Source of the DNA: Solirubrobacteraceae bacterium
GTDB lineage: Bacteria > Actinomycetota > Thermoleophilia > Solirubrobacterales > Solirubrobacteraceae
Length of the DNA stretch: 64,000 bases
Direction of reading: 5' to 3'
NCBI GenBank assembly: GCA_036510155.1
Contig: DATCEK010000161.1
Location: forward strand, 5,347 to 69,346
In this document: positions 27,713 to 36,607 of the stretch, piece after piece
How the letters are laid out: each line of letters opens with the position of its first letter
Position numbering within the stretch: the first letter of the stretch is position 1
The notes under the pieces: generated by a model
What the model saw: the letters and a program-made list of their open reading frames with translations, nothing else
Databases searched by the model: none
What the model was told of the DNA's origin: nothing
Position numbers and translations under genes: made by a program

Positions 27713-28090
27713 ATGACCTCGCCGATCCTGCCATTCAATGGCCCGTCTTCGCTTGCGGGCTTCAATCCGACCTCGACGTCCAGAGACGCCGACGGGTCAG
27801 ACACGTTTCAACCCGGGCACAGCGCGGGCGAACGCCTGCTTGCAAGCCAAGACGGCAGCGGAACGCCGCCGCCGGAGGTGCTCGACCAGGTCGCTGCCGC
27901 GGGGAGGATAAGCCGCGAAATGCGCGAAAGCGGACATGAACTTCGCTTCTCCGACGGGGCGGGGGGGCGGGTCACCGTCGAGCTTTCAGACCGCGAGGGC
28001 AAAACCGTGAAGAACATGTTGATTTCAGAGGCGCTGGAGATTGCCGCGGGGTCACCGGTGCACGGCCTCAGCGGAAAGCGCTCGGCCTAG
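27713..28090 (+). CDS. flaG: FlaG-like flagellar protein
   Basis: ELRFS...RVTVELSDREGKTVKNM..SEALEIA; sits immediately before fliD as FlaG usually does. Confidence 0.65.
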   Translation: MTSPILPFNGPSSLAGFNPTSTSRDADGSDTFQPGHSAGERLLASQDGSGTPPPEVLDQVAAAGRISREMRESGHELRFSDGAGGRVTVELSDREGKTVKNMLISEALEIAAGSPVHGLSGKRSA

Positions 28091-28097
28091 ACCTCCC

Positions 28098-29492
28098 ATG
28101 TCATCGCTCGCCGTTAGCTCGCCGGTCGGCTCGCCGATCTCCATCTCAGGCCTGGCCTCAGGGCTCAATACGAGCTCGATCATCTCGGCCTTGATGGCCG
28201 TCGAACGCCAGCCCGTCACACACCTGACCGACGCCCAGGAAAAGCTTCAAGGTCAACAGAAAGAGCTGACAAGCGTCAAGAGCAGCCTCCAGCAGCTGGC
28301 GCTGCTCGCCTCGGAATTCAGTATGCCGTCGTTGTTCGAAACCTCGCAGGCCGTGGTCTCGAGCGAACCGTTGCGCGTCAGCGCGGCCACTAGCGCGGGC
28401 GCCGGCATCGGTGGCTATGAGCTTGAAGTAACGCAGCTGGCCAACTCCGCCCAGCGCACCTTTACTTTCGCCAGTCCCGCCGCGGAAGAAACGTTGACAA
28501 TCGACGGCAACAGCTTCACCGTCAAAGCGGGCGAGACCGCCAAGGAATTTGCCAACACGATCAACTCCACGAGCAGCTCGACGGTATACGCCGCCGTGCT
28601 CGAAGGCAACACTTTGGTGCTGTCCAACCGGGCAACCGGGAACACCGGCGCGGAATTCATCAAAGTCAGCGACCCGGGCGCGACGCTCGTCGAAAAGGCC
28701 GGTAGCGCCAAGGAAGGCAAGAACGCGGAATATTCCGTTGACGGGGTTGCCGGGACTTCGACCTCCAACACGGTCACAAACGCGATCGCCGGCGTCACCC
28801 TGACGCTCAACGGCCTGACCACCACCGGGCCGGTGACGATCGACGTGCAGGCTCCCGGCGCGAGCGTAAGCGCTGTCGAAGCGCAGGTTCAGTCTTTCGT
28901 CAAGCTCTACAACTCGACTGTGGAAACGATTCAGAAGCAGCTTTCCACCAAGCCGGTTGCCAAGCCCACGAACGCCAGCGAATTTGCCACCGGGACTCTG
29001 TTTGGCGACGTCGAACTCGAGGGGTTGCTGGGCGACATGCGCCAGAGCATGTACGAACCGATCGCCGGGCTAGCCGCAGAAATGTCCAATCCCAGCGCTC
29101 TCGGGATCAGCACCGGTGCAGCATCGGGCGGCGGCGCGTCTCAGGGCTCGATCGAAGGGCTGCTGACGCTCAACTCGACCAAGCTCGCCGAAGCGGTCAA
29201 GACCAATCCGGCGGGCGTGCAACAGATGCTCGAGAAGTGGTCGCAGGGCTTGCAGAGCAAACTCGAACAGGTATCCGGGCCGGGCGGCTCGCTCGAAGCG
29301 AGGGCAAACGGCGACAGCGCACAAATCACCCAGTTGACCAGCCAGATCTCGACGATGAACGAAATGCTTGCAGTGCGCGAAAAGGCGCTGCAGGCCACTT
29401 ATGCGGCGCTTGAAAGCGCGATCTCGCGCAATACCTCGCAGGCCAACTGGCTTACAAGCCAGGAAGCTTCCTTGGTGGCCAACCACCCATGA
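28098..29492 (+). CDS. fliD: Flagellar filament cap protein
   Basis: ISGLASGLNTSSIISALM, EVTQLA, AIAGVTLTL, FVKLYNS, ALGIS, YAALESAIS. Confidence 0.95.
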   Translation: MSSLAVSSPVGSPISISGLASGLNTSSIISALMAVERQPVTHLTDAQEKLQGQQKELTSVKSSLQQLALLASEFSMPSLFETSQAVVSSEPLRVSAATSAGAGIGGYELEVTQLANSAQRTFTFASPAAEETLTIDGNSFTVKAGETAKEFANTINSTSSSTVYAAVLEGNTLVLSNRATGNTGAEFIKVSDPGATLVEKAGSAKEGKNAEYSVDGVAGTSTSNTVTNAIAGVTLTLNGLTTTGPVTIDVQAPGASVSAVEAQVQSFVKLYNSTVETIQKQLSTKPVAKPTNASEFATGTLFGDVELEGLLGDMRQSMYEPIAGLAAEMSNPSALGISTGAASGGGASQGSIEGLLTLNSTKLAEAVKTNPAGVQQMLEKWSQGLQSKLEQVSGPGGSLEARANGDSAQITQLTSQISTMNEMLAVREKALQATYAALESAISRNTSQANWLTSQEASLVANHP

Positions 29493-29872
29493 GCAACCTG
29501 ACAGCGACGCCAAACGCCTACCGCCAAGGGGCGGTGCTTGCCGCCACGCCCGCGGAGCTTGTCGTGATGCTCTACGACGGCGCGCGGCGTTTTCTGCGCC
29601 AGGCGAATGTCGCAATGCGCGAGGGGCAGGTCGAGCGCGCGCACAATATGCTGCGCCGAGCGGAGCTGATCGTCGCGCACCTCGACGGCATCCTCGACTT
29701 CGAACAAGGCGAAGTCGCCGAGCGTTTGCACGCGATCTACCAATTCTGTCTGGCCCACCTCAACCGCGCTCGCCACAACCAGGATGCGGGCAAGCTCGAA
29801 GAGGTCAGCGACATGCTCGGCGAGCTGCGCGAGGCTTGGGCGCAGGTAGCCGAGGAGATCGCCCGCGGGTGA
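29489..29872 (+). CDS. fliS: Flagellin chaperone FliS
   Basis: AYRQGAVLAATPAELVVMLYDGA, GEVAERLHAIYQF, ELREAW. Confidence 0.95.
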   Translation: MSNLTATPNAYRQGAVLAATPAELVVMLYDGARRFLRQANVAMREGQVERAHNMLRRAELIVAHLDGILDFEQGEVAERLHAIYQFCLAHLNRARHNQDAGKLEEVSDMLGELREAWAQVAEEIARG

Positions 29873-30210
29873 CCCAACTGTCGGACCAGCACTTGCTGGC
29901 ATCCTATGAAGCGCTCCATGAGCACGCCGAGCTCGAACTGGAGCTGGTCGGCCGCGGCGAGATAGACCGCCTGGCCGAGCTGGGCGAACGCTGGGAGCAG
30001 CTCACGCGAGAGCTCCCGGCCAGCCCGCCGACCGAGGCGGCGCCACTGCTGCGCCAAGCTCGGCTGATCCACGAGCGCACACGCATCGAGCTGATTCGCT
30101 TGCGCGAGTCGCTGTTGGCTGAGATCGGTACCAGCGCGCGCGCCAGGCGCGCGGCCGACGGCTACGCGGGACAGGTTGCGCGTCTTCCCCACCTGGATCG
30201 CAGCGCCTGA
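29869..30210 (+). CDS. FliT-like chaperone
   Basis: GTG overlaps the fliS stop; 113-aa helical protein in the fliD-fliS-fliT position. Confidence 0.6.
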   Translation: MTQLSDQHLLASYEALHEHAELELELVGRGEIDRLAELGERWEQLTRELPASPPTEAAPLLRQARLIHERTRIELIRLRESLLAEIGTSARARRAADGYAGQVARLPHLDRSA

Positions 30211-30259
30211 CCGAAAAGCACCCCTCGCGTTTGTCACGTCCGGCTACGGGGGCAGACAC

Positions 30260-30286
30260 TAAAGACCGGGGCAGGCCTGCCGATCA
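30260..30286 (+). promoter_or_regulatory. Sigma-28-type promoter for the flgB-fliI operon (TAAA-N15-GCCGATCA)
   Basis: Near-perfect consensus 13 bp before flgB ATG 30300. Confidence 0.8.
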
Positions 30287-30299
30287 CCAGGGACGGTAT

Positions 30300-30653
30300 A
30301 TGGCTCCGATCGACTCGACCCAGCAGCTGCTCGAGACCGCGATGCGCGGCTCGTGGGAGCGCCAGACCGCCCTGACGAGCAACATCGCGAACGCCGACAC
30401 CCCCGGCTACAAACGCCAGGAAGTCAACTTCGAGTCTGAGCTGCAAAGCGCGATGAACGGCGGCGAGGCGCTTGACCAAGTCCAGTTTCAACCCGAAATC
30501 CAGCCCGAAGAGGACGGCCCCAACGGCGCCAGCATCAGCGTCGATCAGGAATCCGCAAAGCTCGCCGAAAACGGGCTCGACTACCAAGCCCTCACAGAGG
30601 TCATGAGCACGCGCAACAGCATCGTCAGAGCCGCGATCGGGCTCGGCGGCTGA
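30300..30653 (+). CDS. flgB: Flagellar basal-body rod protein FlgB
   Basis: RQTALTSNIANADTPGYK..EVNFE, VDQESAKLAENGLDYQAL. Confidence 0.95.
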   Translation: MAPIDSTQQLLETAMRGSWERQTALTSNIANADTPGYKRQEVNFESELQSAMNGGEALDQVQFQPEIQPEEDGPNGASISVDQESAKLAENGLDYQALTEVMSTRNSIVRAAIGLGG

Positions 30654-31102
30654 TGGGGCTGTTCGAAGCCATCGGCATCGCCGGCAGCGGGCTTACCGCC
30701 GAGCGCCTGCGCATGGATGTGACGGCAGAGAACCTGGCCAACGCCGACACCACCAAGGCGGCGGGTGGAGCGCCCTATCAACGCCAGGAGGTGGAGCTGG
30801 GGCAGGCGGGTCAAGGCGGCTTCAGCGGCGCGCTGTCCGGGGCGATCAAGCAGGCAGAAAGCGCACCGCCCGCCGGTGGGGTCGAAGTAACCGGAATCGT
30901 CAGCGACGCGACTCCCGACCAGCAGGTCTATGACCCCGGCAACCCCGAAGCCGACGCGCAGGGCTACGTGAAGATGCCGAACATCAGCACTGTCACCGAA
31001 ATGAGCGACCTGATCTCCGAGTCGCAGTCCTACCAGTCCGACGTGACGGCGATGCAGACAGCCAAGTCGATGTTCAGCGCGACGCTCGGGGTGCTCAAAT
31101 GA
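30653..31102 (+). CDS. flgC: Flagellar basal-body rod protein FlgC
   Basis: GSGLTAERLRMDVTAENLANADTT, YDPGNPEAD.QGYVKMPN. Confidence 0.96.
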   Translation: MGLFEAIGIAGSGLTAERLRMDVTAENLANADTTKAAGGAPYQRQEVELGQAGQGGFSGALSGAIKQAESAPPAGGVEVTGIVSDATPDQQVYDPGNPEADAQGYVKMPNISTVTEMSDLISESQSYQSDVTAMQTAKSMFSATLGVLK

Positions 31103-31563
31103 TCGTCCCCGCCGTCAGCGGGCTGGCGGGCAAACTCTCCGAAGGCCTGTCCAACAGCGCCTCGCCACAGACCGCCGGCGCTCTGGCCGGAAACGGGGAA
31201 ACGCTCGCCGGCGGTCTGGGTAGCGGCGGCCCGGGCGCAAGCAACGCGCTTACCGGCAGCGGCGGCATCGGAGGGGCCGGCGGGGTCGAAGGAGTCGGTG
31301 GGGCCGGTGGAGTCGAAGGGGCCGGCGGCGCCGGCAGCGGGTCGAGCAGCTTCGGCAGCGAACTCTCAGAAGCGATCTCATCGCTTGAAGGCAGTCAGAC
31401 GAGCGCCAACAGCGCGGCCCAGTCGCTTGCCACCGGCACCGCCAAGGATCCCGAGAGCGCGGTCGTCACCGTCGAGGATGCACAGATGGCGATGGACCTG
31501 GCCTCACAGCTGCGCACCAAGGTCACCGAAGCCGCCCAGAACCTTCTCCAGACACAGGTCTGA
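31099..31563 (+). CDS. fliE: Hook-basal body protein FliE with Gly-rich N-terminal expansion
   Basis: C-terminal SFGSEL...VEDAQMAMDLASQLRTKVTEAAQNLLQTQV; GGAGGVEG repeats. Confidence 0.9.
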   Translation: MIVPAVSGLAGKLSEGLSNSASPQTAGALAGNGETLAGGLGSGGPGASNALTGSGGIGGAGGVEGVGGAGGVEGAGGAGSGSSSFGSELSEAISSLEGSQTSANSAAQSLATGTAKDPESAVVTVEDAQMAMDLASQLRTKVTEAAQNLLQTQV

Positions 31564-31566
31564 TCG

Positions 31567-31629
31567 GTGGCGCCCGCACGACGTTTCTCGCAGCTCACGA
31601 CTTGCGAACCGCAGGGTTTCGGACACTAG
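31567..31629 (+). CDS. Putative relay mini-ORF fliE to fliF (20 aa)
   Basis: GTG 3 nt after the fliE stop; TAG ends 3 nt before the fliF GTG; all three in the same frame. Confidence 0.4.
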   Translation: MAPARRFSQLTTCEPQGFGH

Positions 31630-31632
31630 CCC

Positions 31633-33180
31633 GTGCCTCTCTCCCAGCTCGCCTCACGACTCACAACTCGCGGATGGCTGATCCTCGGCGGGGCGGCGGT
31701 CGGCGCGATCCTGTTCATCTACCTGTTTCTGCACATGGTTTCCGCGCCGAGCTACACGACGCTCGTCAGCGGCATCGATCCCTCCCAGACCGGCAAGATG
31801 ACGAGCACGCTCAGCGAACACGGCGTCAAATACGAGCTGCAGAACAACGGCACCGCGCTTGCCGTACAGGCCAACCAGACCGCCGAAGCGCGCGTAGCCC
31901 TCGCCGGCGCGGGCTTGCTCGGCAACGCACAGCCTGACTTCAAACTGTTTGAAAAACAGAACCTTGGCGAAAGCAACTTCCAGCAGGAGGTCACCTACCA
32001 GCGCGCACTGCAAGGGCAGCTGGCGGAGACGATCGACTCGGTGCAGGGCGTGTCCGGCGCCCAGGTGGAGCTGGTGCTGCCCAGCTCCCAAAGCCAGATC
32101 TTTGGCGAAAATCAGGGGATCTCCTCGGCTGCCGTACTCCTCTCCGGGACCACTTCGATGCCGCAGAGCTCAGTGCAGGGGATAGCCCAGCTGGTCGCCT
32201 CGAGCGTACCGGGCCTGCAGTTGAACAAGGTCACGATCACCGATGCCTCGGGACAGCTCCTGTGGCCGCAGGCTGCCGGCAGTTCGGGCGGCGGTGGCAA
32301 CGGCGTGCAGGAAGCCGAGCAGCGCTATGACCAGAGCACGGCCGCGAGCCTTGACGCGATGCTTGCCCAAACCCTTGGCCCAGGCAAGGCGCAGGTGTTG
32401 GTGTACGCCAACATGAACGTCAACTCGACCACCCAGGAACAGCTCACCTACGGCAAGGCCGGCGTGCCGCTGCAGCAGAGCAAGAACATCGAGACGCTCA
32501 CGGGCAACGGCTCAGGCGGCGGCGGCGCTACCGGCACCGCGAACCTACCGGCCGGAACGAGCACAGGTGGCAAGTCCAATTACAAGCACGAAACGACGAG
32601 CAGCACGCTTGGTGTCAACAAGACCGTGTCCCACACCACGGTCGCACCCGGCACGGTCGAAAGCCAACATGTATCGGTGCTGCTCGATCACTCCGTTCCG
32701 GCGGCCGCGCTGCCCGCGATCCGCGAAGCGATCACCAACGCCGCCGGCGTCCAGACCAAGCGCGGCGACACGATCTCAATCGGACAAGTTGCCTTTGCCA
32801 GCCCGACCGCGAGCGCCGCGAGCTCTACCAGCAGCATGCTCGGCTACGCCAAGTACGCGCTGCTTGGCATCGCTTCGCTCCTCTTCCTGTTCTTCATGAC
32901 GCGCTCGCTGCGTCGCCGCGAATCGGACACGATCGACGAGCCCGTCTGGCTGCGCGAGCTCGAGACGCCGATGCGCCTCTCCGAGTTGCAACGCGAAACT
33001 GCGCCAAGGCCGGTACCGGCGATGGCCGGCGTCGCGCCCCCCAATGGGAACGGGAACGGAAATGGCGGTGGGAACGGGAACACCAGCGGCGACCACCTGC
33101 GCCGCCAGGTCGAGCAGCTCGCCGACAGCGACCCCGACCGCGTCGCCCAGCAGCTGCGTAACTGGATGCAAGAGGACTAG
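31633..33180 (+). CDS. fliF: Flagellar MS-ring protein
   Basis: Two transmembrane segments, YQRALQGQLAETI, SAAVLL, LVASSVPGL..KVTITD, QQLRNW. Confidence 0.95.
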   Translation: MPLSQLASRLTTRGWLILGGAAVGAILFIYLFLHMVSAPSYTTLVSGIDPSQTGKMTSTLSEHGVKYELQNNGTALAVQANQTAEARVALAGAGLLGNAQPDFKLFEKQNLGESNFQQEVTYQRALQGQLAETIDSVQGVSGAQVELVLPSSQSQIFGENQGISSAAVLLSGTTSMPQSSVQGIAQLVASSVPGLQLNKVTITDASGQLLWPQAAGSSGGGGNGVQEAEQRYDQSTAASLDAMLAQTLGPGKAQVLVYANMNVNSTTQEQLTYGKAGVPLQQSKNIETLTGNGSGGGGATGTANLPAGTSTGGKSNYKHETTSSTLGVNKTVSHTTVAPGTVESQHVSVLLDHSVPAAALPAIREAITNAAGVQTKRGDTISIGQVAFASPTASAASSTSSMLGYAKYALLGIASLLFLFFMTRSLRRRESDTIDEPVWLRELETPMRLSELQRETAPRPVPAMAGVAPPNGNGNGNGGGNGNTSGDHLRRQVEQLADSDPDRVAQQLRNWMQED

Positions 33181-33186
33181 ACAGCG

Positions 33187-34290
33187 GTGGCCGATTCACC
33201 CTCAAAGACGGCGCCAACGGCGCCGGGCGCCCTGACCGAGCGTTCGGCGGCCAGCTCGTCCGCGCCTCTACCCGCCGTCCCAAGCGAGCGCTTGCCCGGT
33301 GCTCGCCGAGCGGCCGTGCTGATGGCTGCGCTCGGACCCGAGCGCGCGGCGAACGTCATGCAGCGCATGGACGAGGAGGCGATCGAGAGCCTCTCGATGG
33401 AGATGGCGCGTCTCTCCTCTGTCGGCGCCGAGACGACCGAGTCCGTCTTCGGCGAACTGGCCGCAGAGGCCGGCGAGGGCCAGGGGGCTGTCAGCGGTGG
33501 GCTGGACTTTGCGCGCGGAGTCATTGAGCGCGCGCTCGATCCCGAGCGCGCAACCGATCTGCTAGGGCGTCTGGAGAGCGCCAGCGAAACGCGACCGTTC
33601 GAGTTTCTGCGACGGGTACCACCCGAGCGGATTGCGACCCTGTTGCGCGGCGAGTCGCCCCAGACGGTCGCGCTCGTGCTCGCCAGCCTGCATACAAATC
33701 TCGCCGCCGCCGTGCTCGCGCGGCTGCCCGAGTCAGAGCAGCCGGATATCGCATTGCGCATCGCGCGCATGGGTAACGCCGGTACTCGTGTCATCCAACA
33801 GGTCGAGCAGATGATTCGTCACAAGCTTGGGGCTACCGTGGAGCGCAAGTATTCGGCCAGCGGTGGGGCCAAGGCGCTTGCCGGGATCCTCAACCATGCC
33901 GACCGCACCACGGAGCGCAATGTGCTCGAGCGCCTTGCCGGAACCGACAAGGCGCTTGCTGAGGAGGTGCGCGGGATGCTGTTCGTGTTCGAGGACATTG
34001 TCAAGCTCGACGAGCGCGCGATTCAACAAGTGTTGCGCGAGGTCGACCAGAAGGACCTCGTGCTCGCCCTGCGCGGAGTGCCCGAGAACGTGCTCGAGAT
34101 CGTCCTGACGAACATGTCAGAGCGCGGCGCGGCGATGCTCAAGGAGGAGATGGAGATCCAGCAACCCCAGCGCCAGCGCGACGTGGACGAGGCACAGAGC
34201 CGCGTGGTTGCGGTCGTGCGCAAGCTGGACGAGGCCGGCACGATCGTGATTGCCGGCGGCGAGGAGGAGGAAGGCGAAGCGGTTGTCTGA
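33187..34290 (+). CDS. fliG: Flagellar motor switch protein FliG
   Basis: RAAVLMAALG, GGLDFA, PFEFL, ESPQTVALVL, LAEEVRGMLFVFEDI, LVLALRG, MSERGA.ML. Confidence 0.96.
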   Translation: MADSPSKTAPTAPGALTERSAASSSAPLPAVPSERLPGARRAAVLMAALGPERAANVMQRMDEEAIESLSMEMARLSSVGAETTESVFGELAAEAGEGQGAVSGGLDFARGVIERALDPERATDLLGRLESASETRPFEFLRRVPPERIATLLRGESPQTVALVLASLHTNLAAAVLARLPESEQPDIALRIARMGNAGTRVIQQVEQMIRHKLGATVERKYSASGGAKALAGILNHADRTTERNVLERLAGTDKALAEEVRGMLFVFEDIVKLDERAIQQVLREVDQKDLVLALRGVPENVLEIVLTNMSERGAAMLKEEMEIQQPQRQRDVDEAQSRVVAVVRKLDEAGTIVIAGGEEEEGEAVV

Positions 34291-34906
34291 GACAGCTGTC
34301 AGCTACGCCTTCGAGCAACTCGAGCCTTCCGAGCCCTCGCCGCGCGACGCACCCGCACGCGCGCTTGCCCAGGCGCAACTCGAAGCCGAAGAGATCCGCG
34401 AGCAAACCCGTTCCGAAGGCTATGCCGACGGGCGCAACGCCGGCTACAAAGACGGTGCGACTGAGATCGCCCTCGCGGCGCAGGCGCTGGGCGAGGCAAT
34501 GGAGGGCATCGAATCCCTGCGCGTCGAGCTGGTGCAGGCGATCGAACACGACGCGATCCAGCTCGGGATGCAGCTGGCTGAGAAGATCCTCGGCGGCGTC
34601 CGGCAGCTGCCCAGCGAACGCATACTCGAGAGCGTGCAAGGCGGGTTGCGACGCGTGACGGACCGGCGCAAGATCGCTGTGCTCGTCAATCCAGCCGAGT
34701 TCGAGGCGGTGAACTCGGCCATCGCCGGGCTGGCCGGGCCGGGGAGTGGCGTGGAGCAGTGCGAAATACAACCCGACGAGCGTGTCGCACCCGGCGGGGC
34801 GATCGTGCGCACGACCGAGGGCGAGGTGGACGCCGGCGTAGAGACACAGCTGGAGCGCGCCCGCGAGGTCGTCGAAGCCTCGCTGGCGGCCGAGCGCGCC
34901 GCGTGA
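34283..34906 (+). CDS. fliH: Flagellar assembly protein FliH
   Basis: GxxxG repeats (SEGYADGRNAGY), LVNPAE, PGGAIVRTTEGEVDA; start placed at TTG 34283. Confidence 0.9.
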   Translation: MSETAVSYAFEQLEPSEPSPRDAPARALAQAQLEAEEIREQTRSEGYADGRNAGYKDGATEIALAAQALGEAMEGIESLRVELVQAIEHDAIQLGMQLAEKILGGVRQLPSERILESVQGGLRRVTDRRKIAVLVNPAEFEAVNSAIAGLAGPGSGVEQCEIQPDERVAPGGAIVRTTEGEVDAGVETQLERAREVVEASLAAERAA

Positions 34907-36483
34907 GCGAATCCTCCGATTTGGATGCACCCCCGCGCGCGCGGGGGGCGTCCCCGTTTCAGAGCTCTCCACCAGGGACGAAGGAGGCATCCGCGTTTCA
35001 GGGCACCCCATCGGGCGCAGGTGACGCATCGCGCCCACAGGGCACCACAACAGGCGGGCTGCTGGCAAGCGCCACACAAGCCGTTCGCGATGCCGATCTT
35101 GCGCGCCGCCACGGCAACGTGTGCAACCTGATCGGTTTGATCATCGAGGTGACCGGCCTGCGTGCGGAGATCGGAGAGGTGTGCCTCGTCGATAACCGAA
35201 TTCCGGCTGAGGTTGTCGGGTTCCGCGACGGGCGCACGCTGCTGATGCCGCTGGGCGAGCTGCACGGCATCGGCCCAGGCACGCGGGTGCTGGCAACCGG
35301 AGCCCCGTTCCGCGTCGCAGTCGGTTCCGGTCTACTCGGTCGCGTCGTCGACGGACTCGGCATACCGCTGGACGAGCTTCCCGCGCCGGAAGGAGTCGAG
35401 CGCTCGACGATCGCCCCGCCCCCAAGCGCGCTCTCGAGGCCCCGCATCACAGAGCGCGTAGGGCTGGGCGTGCGCGCGCTCGACACGCTCGTCCCCTGCG
35501 GGCGTGGCCAGCGACTCGGCATCTTCGCCGGTTCCGGAGTCGGCAAGTCCTCGCTGATGGGGATGATCGCCCGCTCCACGAGCGCACAGGTAAACGTGAT
35601 CGCACTCGTCGGCGAGCGCGGACGCGAGGTGCGCGAGTTCATCGAGCGCGATCTCGGCGACGCGCTCGAGCGCTCGGTCGTCGTCGTAGCCACCTCCGAC
35701 CAACCGGCGCTGGTGCGCATCAAGGCCGCCTTCACTGCCACGACGATCGCCGAGCACTTTCGCGACCAGGGACATGACGTGCTCTTGATGATGGACTCGG
35801 TCACGCGCTTTGCGATGGCCCAGCGCGAGGTTGGTCTGGCGATCGGGGAGCCGCCCGCCACCCGCGGCTACACGCCCAGCGTCTTCGCTTTGCTTCCCCG
35901 CCTGCTCGAGCGCGCCGGTACCAGCACTAGTGGTTCGATCACGGGGCTGTACACGGTGCTCGTCGACGGCGACGACATGAACGAGCCAATCGCAGACGCG
36001 ACGCGCGCGATCCTCGACGGGCACGTCGTGCTTACGCGATCCCTGGCACACGCCGGCCATTACCCGGCGATCGACGTGCTGCAAAGCGTCTCGCGATTGG
36101 TCGGTGAGATCGTCCCGCCTGAGATTGCCGCGGCAGGTCAGCGCCTGCGCTCTGCCTTGGCCGTGCTGCACGAGAAGGAAGACCTGGTAGCGATCGGCGC
36201 CTACCAACCAGGCAGCGATTCTGCGCTTGACACGGCGCTGGCGCATCGCACCCAGATCGAGGGCTTCCTGCGCCAGAGCGTGAACGAGCGCAGCACGCCC
36301 GAGCAGGCCGATACACAACTGCTCGAACTGGCGGCATCGCTGACCGGCGAGGACGCCTCAGGCCCCGTGGATATTGCCGACGGCGAGGAGATCACTGCCG
36401 AGCACATCGATCCCGGGGCAACTCAGGCTGGGAACGTTGCGGCCGAGGTGCCGGCCATACCGGCGCTCGGGCTGAGCATCTAA
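34903..36483 (+). CDS. fliI: Flagellar export ATPase FliI with N- and C-terminal extensions
   Basis: GRGQRLGIFAGSGVGKS, LVGERGREV, MDSVTRFA, LLERAG, LDGHVVL, YPAID. Confidence 0.96.
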   Translation: MSESSDLDAPPRARGASPFQSSPPGTKEASAFQGTPSGAGDASRPQGTTTGGLLASATQAVRDADLARRHGNVCNLIGLIIEVTGLRAEIGEVCLVDNRIPAEVVGFRDGRTLLMPLGELHGIGPGTRVLATGAPFRVAVGSGLLGRVVDGLGIPLDELPAPEGVERSTIAPPPSALSRPRITERVGLGVRALDTLVPCGRGQRLGIFAGSGVGKSSLMGMIARSTSAQVNVIALVGERGREVREFIERDLGDALERSVVVVATSDQPALVRIKAAFTATTIAEHFRDQGHDVLLMMDSVTRFAMAQREVGLAIGEPPATRGYTPSVFALLPRLLERAGTSTSGSITGLYTVLVDGDDMNEPIADATRAILDGHVVLTRSLAHAGHYPAIDVLQSVSRLVGEIVPPEIAAAGQRLRSALAVLHEKEDLVAIGAYQPGSDSALDTALAHRTQIEGFLRQSVNERSTPEQADTQLLELAASLTGEDASGPVDIADGEEITAEHIDPGATQAGNVAAEVPAIPALGLSI

Positions 36484-36555
36484 AAAAAAATCGGCGATGC
36501 CCCCCGCTTGCTTGCCCCGCCATGGGGGCCCGTCATGGGTGTGCGCGCGCGGGGG
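36482..36555 (-). terminator. Possible intrinsic terminator for the antisense surface-protein gene: GC-rich composite hairpin followed by T9 on the minus strand
   Basis: A9 at 36482-36490 on the + strand; CCCCCGC (36500-36506) pairs with GCGGGGG (36549-36555), with inner GC stems. Confidence 0.4.
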
Positions 36556-36607
36556 ACGGTCCTTCGTGCAGAGAGCCATTCGAGCTGGGTCGATCTCGAC
36601 TGCTTGC

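Noticed and set aside
36481-36490. A9 homopolymer as a phase-variable tract in fliI
   Set aside because: The run begins in the TAA stop and extends outside the CDS, so length change would not alter the frame; it fits a minus-strand terminator U-tract better.
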